A stretch of DNA of 58,251 nucleotides, the filler included, from Nemertoderma westbladi (Eukaryota > Animalia > Xenacoelomorpha), in NCBI GenBank assembly GCA_032718475.1. It is 3 parts of 3 records of this genome, joined end to end, with 100 filler letters (N's around TTAATTAATTAA, not from the genome) between each part and the next. Parts side by side here need not be neighbours in the genome. Positions count along the whole stretch, not along the records: positions 36,038 to 58,251 come from JAUCBJ010007149.1; 2 more parts are not named here. One strand, given 5' to 3'. Position 1 is the stretch's first letter. Each line of letters begins with the position of its first letter. The position numbers were made by a program, and so were the translations under genes. Under the pieces are notes generated by a model, which did no database searches, was not told the DNA's origin, and worked only from the letters and a program-made list of their open reading frames with translations. This document shows positions 47,576 through 58,251 of the stretch, piece after piece.

Positions 47576-48603
47576 AATACAATGATTAGCCTCAATTGCA
47601 TCAAATCCAATCACAGATCAGCATTTTTTTTAATGATTTATCATTGGCTGCCTGTCTAACACTGCATAGATGTTACCTTAATTATTAATACTACTCCAGT
47701 ACTCTGCTGGTATTGTGTTGTGTGGTGCTGGTTTTTTACATTGTGGCTTGTACTTAGGCCTACATGTACATTGTGCAGTTGTGGGATGTTTCCTGATGTT
47801 ATACCGGCTACCGGCAGACATGTATGCTCAACTTACTCTGTTACTGTAAATACACTGAAATAGGCCTAAGCTAAATAAATAAATAGATAAATAAATGCTT
47901 AATCCCTACCGAAGAAGGCCTAGGTACTTCTGTACTTTGTAGGATAGCCTAGGCCTACACACTGACACAGGTGCTGGTCACCTCGCCGCACTGCTACTTC
48001 TCAGCAGGTCACCTCGCCGCAGATAATGTGCGGTGAGGTGACTTTGCGGTGAGGTGTCTCACTGCGAATGCCATGTCAGCATGTCGCCGCAAATGTCATG
48101 GGGTGGATGGCAGCCCTGGGCCACGTGGCACGTGGCCACGTGGGGTGTTTTTTTTCTTTAACAGTCAGTCAGTCAGTACCGTACCTATTTATTTTTTATG
48201 GAATTTTTTTCATGAGTATTTTTTTAGGCCTACCTTTTTTTTCAAGATATTTTTTACTGTGATTTTTTTAAAGATATTTTATTTTACCGGTGCCGGTTTT
48301 TTTCAAGATATTTTTTCCACTTATTTATTACCGGTATTTAAATATTTTATCAAGAGTTTTATAGTGGCAGCCATGGGCCACCATACACAGATGTAGGGCC
48401 ACCTACCTGCCTACTTCCAACTTCAGTACTTGCTACCGGTACCGGTGACACTTCCTAGCTCATTTTATTCACTTCTATCTTACTATTGAACGCAGAACGG
48501 GCAGTCTTTAGTTGCATAATTCCTAATTATAATTCGTAGTCGTAGTCCCTCTGTCTCTCTGTCTGTCCCTCCCATACAGCAGTACTAGGTCTATTAATAT
48601 GTA

Positions 48604-49461
48604 ATGATGAGTATTACTCGTGACATATCGAAGAGAATTGTATCCTTGGTTCAAGAGACATTTTATAACGAAATATCGGGTACTGATCGCGGAGGTGATT
48701 CCAATAGAAAGCGCATTAAAGCATGGGCAGAGATTGCAAAAATTATCTGTGCTGAGAATCATTCGATAAAAAAAACTCCATTGGAAATAAAAAAACACTA
48801 TTATTATGTGAAAGGTGAAGCTAAGAAGAAGGCACTTTCAGTTAAGGCATCCCATACGAAAACTGGAGGTGGACCACGTGAGAAACCAATGACCGAAACT
48901 CAGCTCCTCGTGTACGATTTTAATCGCGATAGTACTTCATTTAATGGCCTTCCATACTTTTTGGATTCGCCGGTCTCTACGACTACTTCCGCGGATAATA
49001 GGCCTACCGGTAATAATAGGCCTAGAGTTAGAGATGCTATTGTTCCCCAATGTCTCCCTCTCCCTCAAGAAACAGTACCGTCAACAGCTCCGGTTGAATC
49101 AAATTTTATCTCCAGTTTCATTGGAAACACGACCGAGACGATTGATCTTGAATGTTTAAATGATAATACGCCGTTGGCCCCGTTGCCTAATATTGTTGAT
49201 CTAGACGATCTAACCACCGGTAATAGTAGTGAAGCTGCAGATCCTAGTTCCTCTGCAGTTGGTGTTCCTACAGTTTCTCCGCAAGGTCGTAGTGCTCATC
49301 CTGGTTACCCGTCTAAAAGGCGCAAAGTAGCTGCAGGTTCAGAAGTTAAACAGTTGCAATTAGAAGTATTGTCGATGCAACTGAAAAACCAAAAACTCAT
49401 GTTTTCTACACTCGAAAAATGTAATATTGCATTGGACAAGTATCTCGAGGGGCGCTACTAA
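48604..49461 (+). CDS. PIF/Harbinger Myb/SANT-like DNA-binding protein (285 aa)
   Basis: KAWAEIAK...EIKKHY...K.EAKKK...KTGGGP; C-terminal coiled-coil-like segment; convergent with the transposase. Confidence 0.85.
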   Translation: MMSITRDISKRIVSLVQETFYNEISGTDRGGDSNRKRIKAWAEIAKIICAENHSIKKTPLEIKKHYYYVKGEAKKKALSVKASHTKTGGGPREKPMTETQLLVYDFNRDSTSFNGLPYFLDSPVSTTTSADNRPTGNNRPRVRDAIVPQCLPLPQETVPSTAPVESNFISSFIGNTTETIDLECLNDNTPLAPLPNIVDLDDLTTGNSSEAADPSSSAVGVPTVSPQGRSAHPGYPSKRRKVAAGSEVKQLQLEVLSMQLKNQKLMFSTLEKCNIALDKYLEGRY

Positions 49462-50037
49462 CAAACTAGACTGGTTGATTATTACCGATATCTTGATGTG
49501 AGCTTTAGGCATAATAAAAGGCATATGTTTTGCTTTCATTCCGAATTATTAACTAATTAATTAATAGGGCTATGACAGTATATTTGTTTTGTTCGCTTGA
49601 TTAGTCATTATCGATATTATAAGATATTATAAATAATATTTTTAATATTAATTATTTATTACATGGGAAAAAAGTATAACTTTTTCTCACTATTCTCGAT
49701 ATATGTTATTTACCGAGCGCAAGCGAGGTTAATAAAGATCTGAGAGAATAATAATGAAAAAATTGTTCTACATTTTTTCCCATGAAATTCATCCAAAAAG
49801 TTACAATTTAAGAATAAAAGAGTTAGTCACCCATCTCTATCCTTTATCCTCCATTATAATATATTCTCGATACATCCAATGGGACGGAATAAATATTATT
49901 ATTATTAAATTTAGTTTATTATAGACAACAACAAAACTCAACTCCGCCGAACTGCCATAAAATAATTATCAGCAATTAATTTGGAACCGAAGGTTACTTT
50001 CTGTAAGAATTTGATGTAGTAATAGTATTATTGACTG

Positions 50038-51054
50038 TTAATTAGGAAAGTGGGTATTTACTATGTGGTCTCTGTATGCAGCCCCTGAATTAAGCTGGAC
50101 GGGAAACTCCATTTCATCTTCATTCTCGAACAACTGCAGACCTTCTTCTTGGGGCACATTCTGACGTCGATCAATAGCAATGTTGTGCAAAACTGCGCAA
50201 GCTCCAATAATGTTAGGAACTCTATCCAACATTACCCGACATCCATCATACAGGACTCTGAAGCGCCTTTTCCAAATTCCAATGGTTTGCTCAACAAGCA
50301 CCCTTGTTTTCCTGTGTGCTTTGTTATAACGTTTCTGTGAAGCTGTTAGAGGATTGAGAAATGGGCTCATCAACCAAGATCGACAAGGATATCCGGAGTC
50401 TCCGAGAACGATTCCGGTGCAGTCTCCATTCTCAAAAGAATTCCATAATTCGGAATTTCGAAGCACCCACGAGTCGTGACAACTGCCGGGCCAACGAGCA
50501 TTGCAATTCACAATCTTCATGTTGTGATCACATGCAATTTGTACGTTGATTGAGTAAAAATTTTTTCTGTTCATGAATGAATTGTCTGCTCTCGATGGAT
50601 TCGGCATTCTTATATGCGTTCCATCAATGCAAGCTACAACTCCCGGAAATCCTGCAATTTCGAAAAATCCTGCTTGAGTTGTTTGTTTTGAAACAGCGCT
50701 CACAGGGAATTTGACGAATTCTGGAACTTTTTGGTTCAAAGCGCTGCTTACTTGGGCAACAATTCTTGACACAGAACTCTGGTGTACACCAATTGTATCG
50801 CATACACTTTGTTGCAACGAGTTTGATGCAAAGTATCTCAGTGCAATACAGACTTGTGTGATTTTTGGAATCGGACGATTCAACAATGTGCCATAACCAT
50901 TTAATTCGGGATCTAAAAGTTCGGTGATGTATCGAATGGTTTCACCATCAAAGCGATATCTTCTTAGCAATTCAGTGTCGTCAAATTCTAACAAAGGGTC
51001 GAGTATTGGTCTCGCATAACGTGGACATTCATACAGATCAACAACATCTGCCAT
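50038..51054 (-). CDS. PIF/Harbinger (HARBI1-like) DDE transposase (338 aa), uninterrupted
   Basis: RRYRF, ALRYFAS, FPGVVACIDGTHI, NRKNFYSINVQ, WPGSCHDS, LGDSGYP, RVLVEQTIGIWKRRF, ACAVLHN. Confidence 0.96.
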   Translation of the reverse strand: MADVVDLYECPRYARPILDPLLEFDDTELLRRYRFDGETIRYITELLDPELNGYGTLLNRPIPKITQVCIALRYFASNSLQQSVCDTIGVHQSSVSRIVAQVSSALNQKVPEFVKFPVSAVSKQTTQAGFFEIAGFPGVVACIDGTHIRMPNPSRADNSFMNRKNFYSINVQIACDHNMKIVNCNARWPGSCHDSWVLRNSELWNSFENGDCTGIVLGDSGYPCRSWLMSPFLNPLTASQKRYNKAHRKTRVLVEQTIGIWKRRFRVLYDGCRVMLDRVPNIIGACAVLHNIAIDRRQNVPQEEGLQLFENEDEMEFPVQLNSGAAYRDHIVNTHFPN

Positions 51055-51727
51055 ACTATATTAATAGTTGTGTGATCAATGGTGATCAATAGTGTTCAAT
51101 GTAAATTAACAGTTATTCGATGATATATTTTAAAATTGAATGTGATATCAGCTTGAGAATAATGTAAAAATTTTGATTTGTGCATTATTAAAAAAAGGTT
51201 TATTATGAATTATTACTTGTTTGACAATATTTCGTCTATGTTACTAACCAAAAAATCAAATACTGACCATTCGAAAGAGCATATGGGCATAATCAGAAAT
51301 TCGTAACATTTTTTACGAAAAATTAAGATATTTGAATGGGAATTTTTTGCTATTCGTGATTTTATTTGGATAAATTCCTTCGAAAAATGACTAAAATAAC
51401 AGAATGTTAACACTGTTAAAATACTAATATTAATACGTTAACTATCAATACTATGTGTGGCAATCAGTTTTGAAAACTTGCTAAAATTCTGGCGCTTTCT
51501 TCATGTCCCTACCTTCCATAAATTGATCAAATTTTGAATTAAACAATATCATATTCATGGTTTTTGTTTTCAAAATTTATTTTTTTAAGCTTAAGCAGAT
51601 TTTATGGGCATTCGATTTCAGTTGTTTATTTTAATTATTAAAGGTTAGAGGTAGAAGTTTTCTTAGAGTTTTCCTCTATCGATTCTTGTAGTTTTTGTTC
51701 CAAAATGTATGCACAGGTCAGAGATAT

Positions 51728-51880
51728 AATTTCACGGCATAAACTAAACGTGCTGTGAAATTTCACGGCATAACCTAAATGTGCCGTGAAATTTCACGGC
51801 ATAAACTATACGTGCTGCGAAATTTCCCGGCATAAACTAAACGTGCCGCGAAATTTCATGGCAAAACTAAACTGCCGCGA
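51728..51880. repeat. ~31-bp tandem repeat (AATTTCACGGCATAAACTAAACGTGCCGTGA), ~5 copies
   Basis: Read directly. Confidence 0.85.
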
Positions 51881-52708
51881 AGCTGATTTATTTATTAACT
51901 GTGTCCGTTGTGGGCCACCGTAATAAACAGCTTGTTATTTTCGAATTATTATATTTTGAGCACTATAAGCTCCAATAAACTTTGAGATTTTGTGTGATAA
52001 AGGTATCAAATTATCTTTGTTCCAAACAACAGCCATTAAATGATTATGCCCGATATTCGATAGTGGTGGTAGCGAGCTGTTCCCATGACCGTTATGGGAA
52101 ATAGTTTTTACGTGAAATCGAAAGTTAATAGCGTGTTAGAAAGATGTTCTAAGCATTTTCACAAACATAAAATATTATTTGACACCCTCGGCTCACCCAT
52201 AATAATGTATTGCACTAATATCAAACTTTTACAAAGTTCTTTTGCTAAATTTTATGTGGCTTACCGCTTACTCTACTTGCAGTACGTGTATATTGTAAAT
52301 GTATGTACAATACAGTATAATGTCCACTCGTTACTCAACTTTATTTACTATTATTATTATTATTAAGTTTATTGACGATAAAAATTACCAGTAAATAGCC
52401 ACAAGCAACTGACAAGAAGAGACGTAACAACGGAAAACAATGTAACAAAAACAAACAAAACAATAGCCAAATGGACGGATAATATTAAAATGACGGTACA
52501 TTAACCGACAGGCAAAATACCGGGACAAATATAAGCTTTAATTAATTTGTGTGAAATTGGGCAGTGGGCTATGAGTCGCAACAATCGTCCAAGAAAATAA
52601 TATTTAAACAAAGGCTCAAACGCGTATTTAAGTATGATTAATACTACCTAATATATATATATATATACAAATAAATAATTTAATAAGTTAATTACACGGA
52701 GATATGTT

Positions 52709-55030
52709 TTAAATTATTTCAAGTGTGTTCAAGCATCTAACTAAGAATGAACCGCACTCCTCCAAGCGGTTGGAATCAAAAAAGGTCGTAAAAGAGTTGA
52801 AATTAAGGGACGGGTGAGCCGAACGAAGCTCATCCAAAAGCGGACAGTCTCGGATCACGTGTATCTCTGTTTGTATACTCCCGCATTTACAGCGTCTATT
52901 ATCGGGGGGAATTCTGGACCAACGCCCTGTTTCAACCGCTAAATGGGTGGACATCAAACGAAAACGAGTTAGAGCTACACGTTTGCGCTCGGCCAGAGCT
53001 TCTCTGGATAAATAACAAGGTAGAGTAGTGAAATCCGGGTTCATTTGAGTGTAGATAACTCGACGGGTTGAGGTACTAATTAAAACATCGTTCCTTAGTT
53101 TATCACTATAGAAGTTTAAACTGCAGGATTCGGGGTTATTCAGAATGGAATCCACGGCTCTTCCCATAGTGGTACCAGCTTGTCGGACAAGACCTAAGGC
53201 GAAAATAACAGGCGAGTGTCTTTCCGGATTCGAAGAAATTTTCTGTAGGAATTTCCACTGTCTATTAAGGATAACCGCCTTTGGAGACGGGCGACCGAGT
53301 TCAAGCAACAGGATGTCATGACAAGTTTGATGCCGGACGTTAGCTGCGCCTTTTAGCATTGAGAAGTATTGCGATGCTACTGGTGAGAAATTGGCTCCAA
53401 TCCAACACTCGCAGGAGTAAAATATCGCTGCGTTAACTGCGGCGTCTAAAATCATAAGTTTAACCCATAGAGGACTATCTTGATTTTTATTCAGAAAGGA
53501 ATGGTACTTGGAAACATGTTTTGCCTTCTCTTTGGACTGCAAAACAACTGATCTGTTGATCCCTCCAGCCTGGGGGATACATGAACCCAGATAAATGTAA
53601 CTGGTACAGTTCTTAACAGAAAGTGATGAACAATCCCAAACTGACGAGATTAAAAATTCTTCCTTATCTAATGACGACCCGTTAATAACGATAAACTTTG
53701 TCTTTGTCTGGTTGATCGCCATATTATAATCATGGCAGAACTCGACTAATATTTCCAATTTCTGAATACAACGCTCCCGAGTTGTGGCTAGAATGACGGA
53801 ATCGTCCATGAGAAGCAATGCGTGTAAACACATCAGAAAACCATCCTCACCTAAACATTTCAAGCGATGTAATAGTGGATTAATATACAATGTAAACAGA
53901 CGACAACTTCCTGGGGAACCCTGAAGTACTCCAAGTACACTCTGAATTATCGAAGATCCTATAATGCTGGTAGTTCCAGTGTATAAACCTTGGAGTGCAC
54001 GTAACATGACTCCTCCGCATCCCATACGTTTCAACAACGAAAATAACTTTGACCGTTTCACTCGATCGTAAGCTGTAGAGAAATCTACGAAAACCAAGAA
54101 CAATTTTTTCTTTGATTCCCGGGCATAATCGATTAATAAGTTCAAGGTTAATATTTGTTCTTCACAACAGCGCCCTGCTTGAGCACCGGCTTGTTCGACA
54201 TCGGGTGAAGCCCACCTAGAAACTCTCTTAGACAAGATGGAGTCATATAATTTGGCGATGGAGTTCATAATGGATATTCCACGATAATTCAAACATAATT
54301 CCCGAGCACCGCGTTTAAACACAGCAACGAGCCGGGACTGGGACCAAGAGGGTAATGCACAACCGCTTAGAAAAATAGAATTGAATATATGCACCAAAAA
54401 TACAAGCCACTGTATCGGTAAAAATTTAAATAAACCCGGTGATACCCCATCTGGACCCGCAGCTTTATTCGCTTTTGTTTCATTGACAGATTCACGAACT
54501 TCATCAAGAGTTATGGGGGAATCCAGGAGTGGGATGTAAGGGCAGCTAGATGTATCAATATGGTCTTCCGGTTGAGAAGGGAACTCGTTTGTAGGAGTGA
54601 GGAGTTTTTGGAAATGTTCAGCGAACTCAATATCAGTGGGTGAAGACGTGGGGGATAACATGGCCGAGGTACTCGACTCAAGTCCACCTTTCCAATTGAT
54701 CCGCGCCCATACAGACTTGCTGTCCCTATTCTGAGCTAAAGAAGCCCAAACATCTGCAGTATTTTGCGACCCAGAGTTCAATGAGGACAGGGAATTAGAT
54801 TTAAGAGTTGCACTTTTAGCAGCGTCATATATAATTCTCACAAAAGTATCTGGTGTATCCAAATCGAAACTGTCTAAACTGGAGGTTAACTCGGAAGTTC
54901 TCCCATTTAAATTATGAAGAAATTCTCCAACATTTATCCTCGATTGTCTAACTGGTCTTACACACAAACTATTAGCTTGGGAAGGCCTATTCATGCAGGC
55001 ATACCGGCCGAGATCGACGGAACGCATCAA
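52709..55030 (-). mobile_element. 5'-truncated LINE ORF2 (RT plus C-terminal CCHC), open for 773 aa; RTE-X-like
   Basis: KAAGPDGV, NYRGIS, EQAG, VFVDFSTAYDRV, GVLQG, LLLMDDSV, YIYLG, RFRL..LAVETGRW...RRCKC...EIHVIRDC. No endonuclease domain seen. Confidence 0.9.
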
Positions 55031-55644
55031 AAGTTCGGAAGCAGAAAGTTCCCGGACAGAGTTAAGTACCTATTTAATAATCTATTTAATAAAATACACA
55101 AAATTCTAGAACGTTATTAACGAATTTATTTTATGAGTTGGTAGGCAACAGCGGTATATATACCGCCATATATACCGGTACAATATCTATATTGCCTAGC
55201 TAATCATACATAAACAAATTGTTCCAGAATATTGTGTATTTATTAAATAGAATAAATGGCTTGCAGCGAACAATAATTCTTGCAATCTTTGAATGTCTAT
55301 ATTTCAGCTGTTTCTTAACGAAATTCCGAAATTGTTGCATATTTGGAATCCTTGGAACGCAGGCTTTCTAATGATATCTATAAAGTGTAAAAATATCTAT
55401 AAAGTCTTTAATGTGAAGAATGGCGATGATAGGAGATGTGCAATTTCGTAAAAGACACTTTTTTAAAACACTTATAAATAAAATCTAAAGGCAAAATCGA
55501 AAATTCCGGCTTCATGGTAACAACCACGGTGAGTTGAACTAGTAGTGTTTCAAATTTCAAACAATATGATAAAGATTTGTAGAAAAATTTGGGGGGGGGG
55601 GTTCGTGTCATCAGAAAATGACACTATATTACGGGTCATGGTGT

Positions 55645-55972
55645 AATTGTTACTGCAGTAATAAATAATTGTTACTGCAGTATTAAATAATTGTTACTGA
55701 CAAATAAATTTTTTTTTACTGCAGTAACAATTATTTCTTACTGCAGTAAAAAAATATGTTTTGTTTATTACTGCAGTAATAATTATTTATTACTGCAGTA
55801 ATAATTATTTGTTACTGCAGTAACAAATATTTATTACTGCAGTAATAAATAAATTTTTTTTTACTGCAGTTACAAATAATTCATACTGCAGTAAAAAATA
55901 ATTTTTATTTATTACTGTAGTAACAATTATTTATTACTGCAGTAACAATTATTTATTACTGCAGTAACAAAT
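55645..55972. repeat. Array of palindromic TTACTGCAGTAA units (~22-31-bp spacing)
   Basis: Read directly; more than a dozen ACTGCAGT-type cores. Confidence 0.85.
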
Positions 55973-56659
55973 ATGGAGGCATTTTTCTTGTTTCATAGAG
56001 GTATTTATTCATTTACATTTTGACCCTTTAGAGACGCCATATGTTACGGGGTGATGTTGACAAATTGACACGTCATAGCAAACAATTATGATTTGATTGA
56101 ATCGTTCAACAATAATTACTGAGAAGATAATGTGTACAATGAACAGACAAAGGATGGGTTGTAATGATGACAAATAAACAGCAATCAGCGTAAAGCAGTT
56201 AATAAATAAATGATGCTTTGTGATTGCGTTAGAGGAGTTTAACCTGACAACAAAACAAACAGGCAACAGAAATAGAAATAAATCATGGGCATATTGAGCC
56301 GAATTATGTATGATTTACTGTAGGTTATTGATTATATGATAGATAAGAGAAAATAAATATAAATATAAATAAATAAATAAATACAGTACATAAACTCATA
56401 GGAATGAATTATGAATTAATTATCAGAATGACAATGATTGGCTATGAGGTGAAACAGATTATATGGCGGAACAGATACGCCTCAACTTGAAATCCTCTAG
56501 ATCGAGAGAAATCAGTTCGTATATCTCGGTATTACTATTTCGTCTGGGCCCTTATTCTTAAATTGAACTAAACCGTCGTCGCGTCGTCAAGGATATCCCT
56601 CGTACTGAAGTTGACTCGGTAGCACTAAGGTAGGGTGTCCTGCTCCGTAGTCAATCATA

Positions 56660-56990
56660 AACCCTGGTCCGTTATTGCTTATAAAACCCAGCCTGTAGTC
56701 GCTATGGGACCCGGTCCAGTAGTTGCTAGGGATACTGGTCCGTTGTTGATTACTATTATTATTATTATTAATATTGGCTTTTATTCCCGTATATGGATAT
56801 ATAAAGAGGAATATAATAGGTATATGATAGGGAACCCAGTCCGTTGTTGCTAGGGAAACCGGACCGTTGTTGCTTAGGAATCGGGTCCGTAGTTGTGGTT
56901 GCAAGCAGGGAATCAGTTCCGTTCTCGCTAATGAATCCAGTAGTCGTTTCCAGCTGAGGAACTCCATCCGTTGTCGTTATGGACTGGAGG
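56660..56990. repeat. Degenerate ~23-bp repeat (GGTCCGTTGTTGCTAGGGA..)
   Basis: Recurrent TCCGTTGTTG / GCTAGGGA pieces. Confidence 0.55.
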
Positions 56991-58251
56991 AGCTCCCTTC
57001 CGACACCGCTAACTAACCGCGGCAGTGAAGCAGCTTATCAGGCAGTTGTCAGGAGGCAATGGGCTGCTCATGCTTAACCTTTTAATGTTTTGCAATAAAT
57101 AGATTGAAAAGTTAGGGTAATGAAAACGAGAGAAACTGTCTTTCAGTATAGTGTAGTCGTTGATAATGATGTGCAAACCCCATACAGTAGAGAATAGGCC
57201 CCCACCACTGACCCGCCCAAGGCCACCCACCACTCATAATCCGGCGCTGAGTAACGTGATTAAAACGTAATTTTAATCACGCTTGTATTTGGATGCGCGT
57301 AAAAATATTTCAATTTATGAACAAAAAACATAACTTTTAAGAACAAAAGTTTATTTACTTAGTTTTAAAAACACAAGTTGCTATACAATGATAAAACTTG
57401 ACGTTTTTTCGGTATGTATAGACTTATTAGATATGACAATTGCTGGCTTAGACGACGACTTCCTTACCTGTTTTTTTTCTATTTGTATAATTAAACTACA
57501 CAATCCCAAATATATCACTGGAAATAATATAATGTAATAATCACATAGCAATGGTATACTATTCCTTGGCGTTACTCAAATATATAGAATTGTATATAAT
57601 ATCTAAAACATCAACATTTGGCTTATCTGCCAAATCCCGGCGAAAAATGTTATCAAATAAATTTTCACAGAATTTAAACAAGGGGCACTTCGTGTCCCTG
57701 CTTAAATAAAATGATAACTACTTACGGTTGAACAGATAGGAACATGTTGTTTCTCTGTTTCCAATGAATTTTACTTGCTTGATATTGGTCTGTCAAAAAT
57801 ATATTTCATTCAACCCAAAATTATATTCAAGAGACCGGATCATGCTGAAAGTGGTGTTTATTATGCGTTCCTATTACTTTATTGAATTGTACTGTATAAT
57901 ATCTAGCATTCACGACTCCCTCTGGGAAAAGCAACTCTTTACCATAATATCTTACAAATCATTTCCTGTAATAATGAAAATAAAAATTAATAATGAAAAT
58001 TACTGCCAAGATCTTTGTTTATTTAGACCTTTACTTGGTAACTGAAGTAAATTCATTGCATATTATGCGAACTTTAAACCCGATTTCCAATAACAATTTC
58101 TTACAATATACACAAAAATAAAAATAAAATATATATGTATATGTATAGATAGAATATAGTATATTATATTGCCTACTGCAGCGTAAACTATACAAATAAT
58201 ATAATAATAATATTCATGAGAAAAAAACTATTTCATAAATAATATCTGAAA

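Overview
Repeat-rich invertebrate (metazoan) genomic DNA, possibly crustacean or copepod; that guess rests only on gene content. It is three contigs joined by artificial N44-TTAATTAATTAA-N44 linkers at 19566-19665 and 35938-36037, so adjacency across them is not evidence. Mobile elements: two decayed BEL/Pao LTR retrotransposons, RTE-like and other LINE fragments, a PIF/Harbinger transposase plus Myb/SANT gene pair, a non-autonomous hAT with a perfect 8-bp TSD, a tRNA-derived SINE, several Helitron/Helentron-like repeats and many minisatellites. Host genes: a two-exon carnitine/choline acyltransferase, a secreted protein with two fibronectin type II domains, and one calumenin/reticulocalbin-like exon. 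The most notable item is in the first BEL/Pao element. Between pol and the PPT/3' LTR, where env would sit, it carries an extra ~870-codon ORF encoding a WRN/EXD2/Mut-7-like DEDDy 3'-5' exonuclease followed by three CCHC zinc knuckles. A diverged, inverted partial copy of this ORF nearby differs mostly at synonymous sites where checked, which supports a real, selected, multicopy cargo gene. Two degenerate hammerhead-ribozyme-like motifs and a short structured element found at three breakpoints also deserve follow-up.
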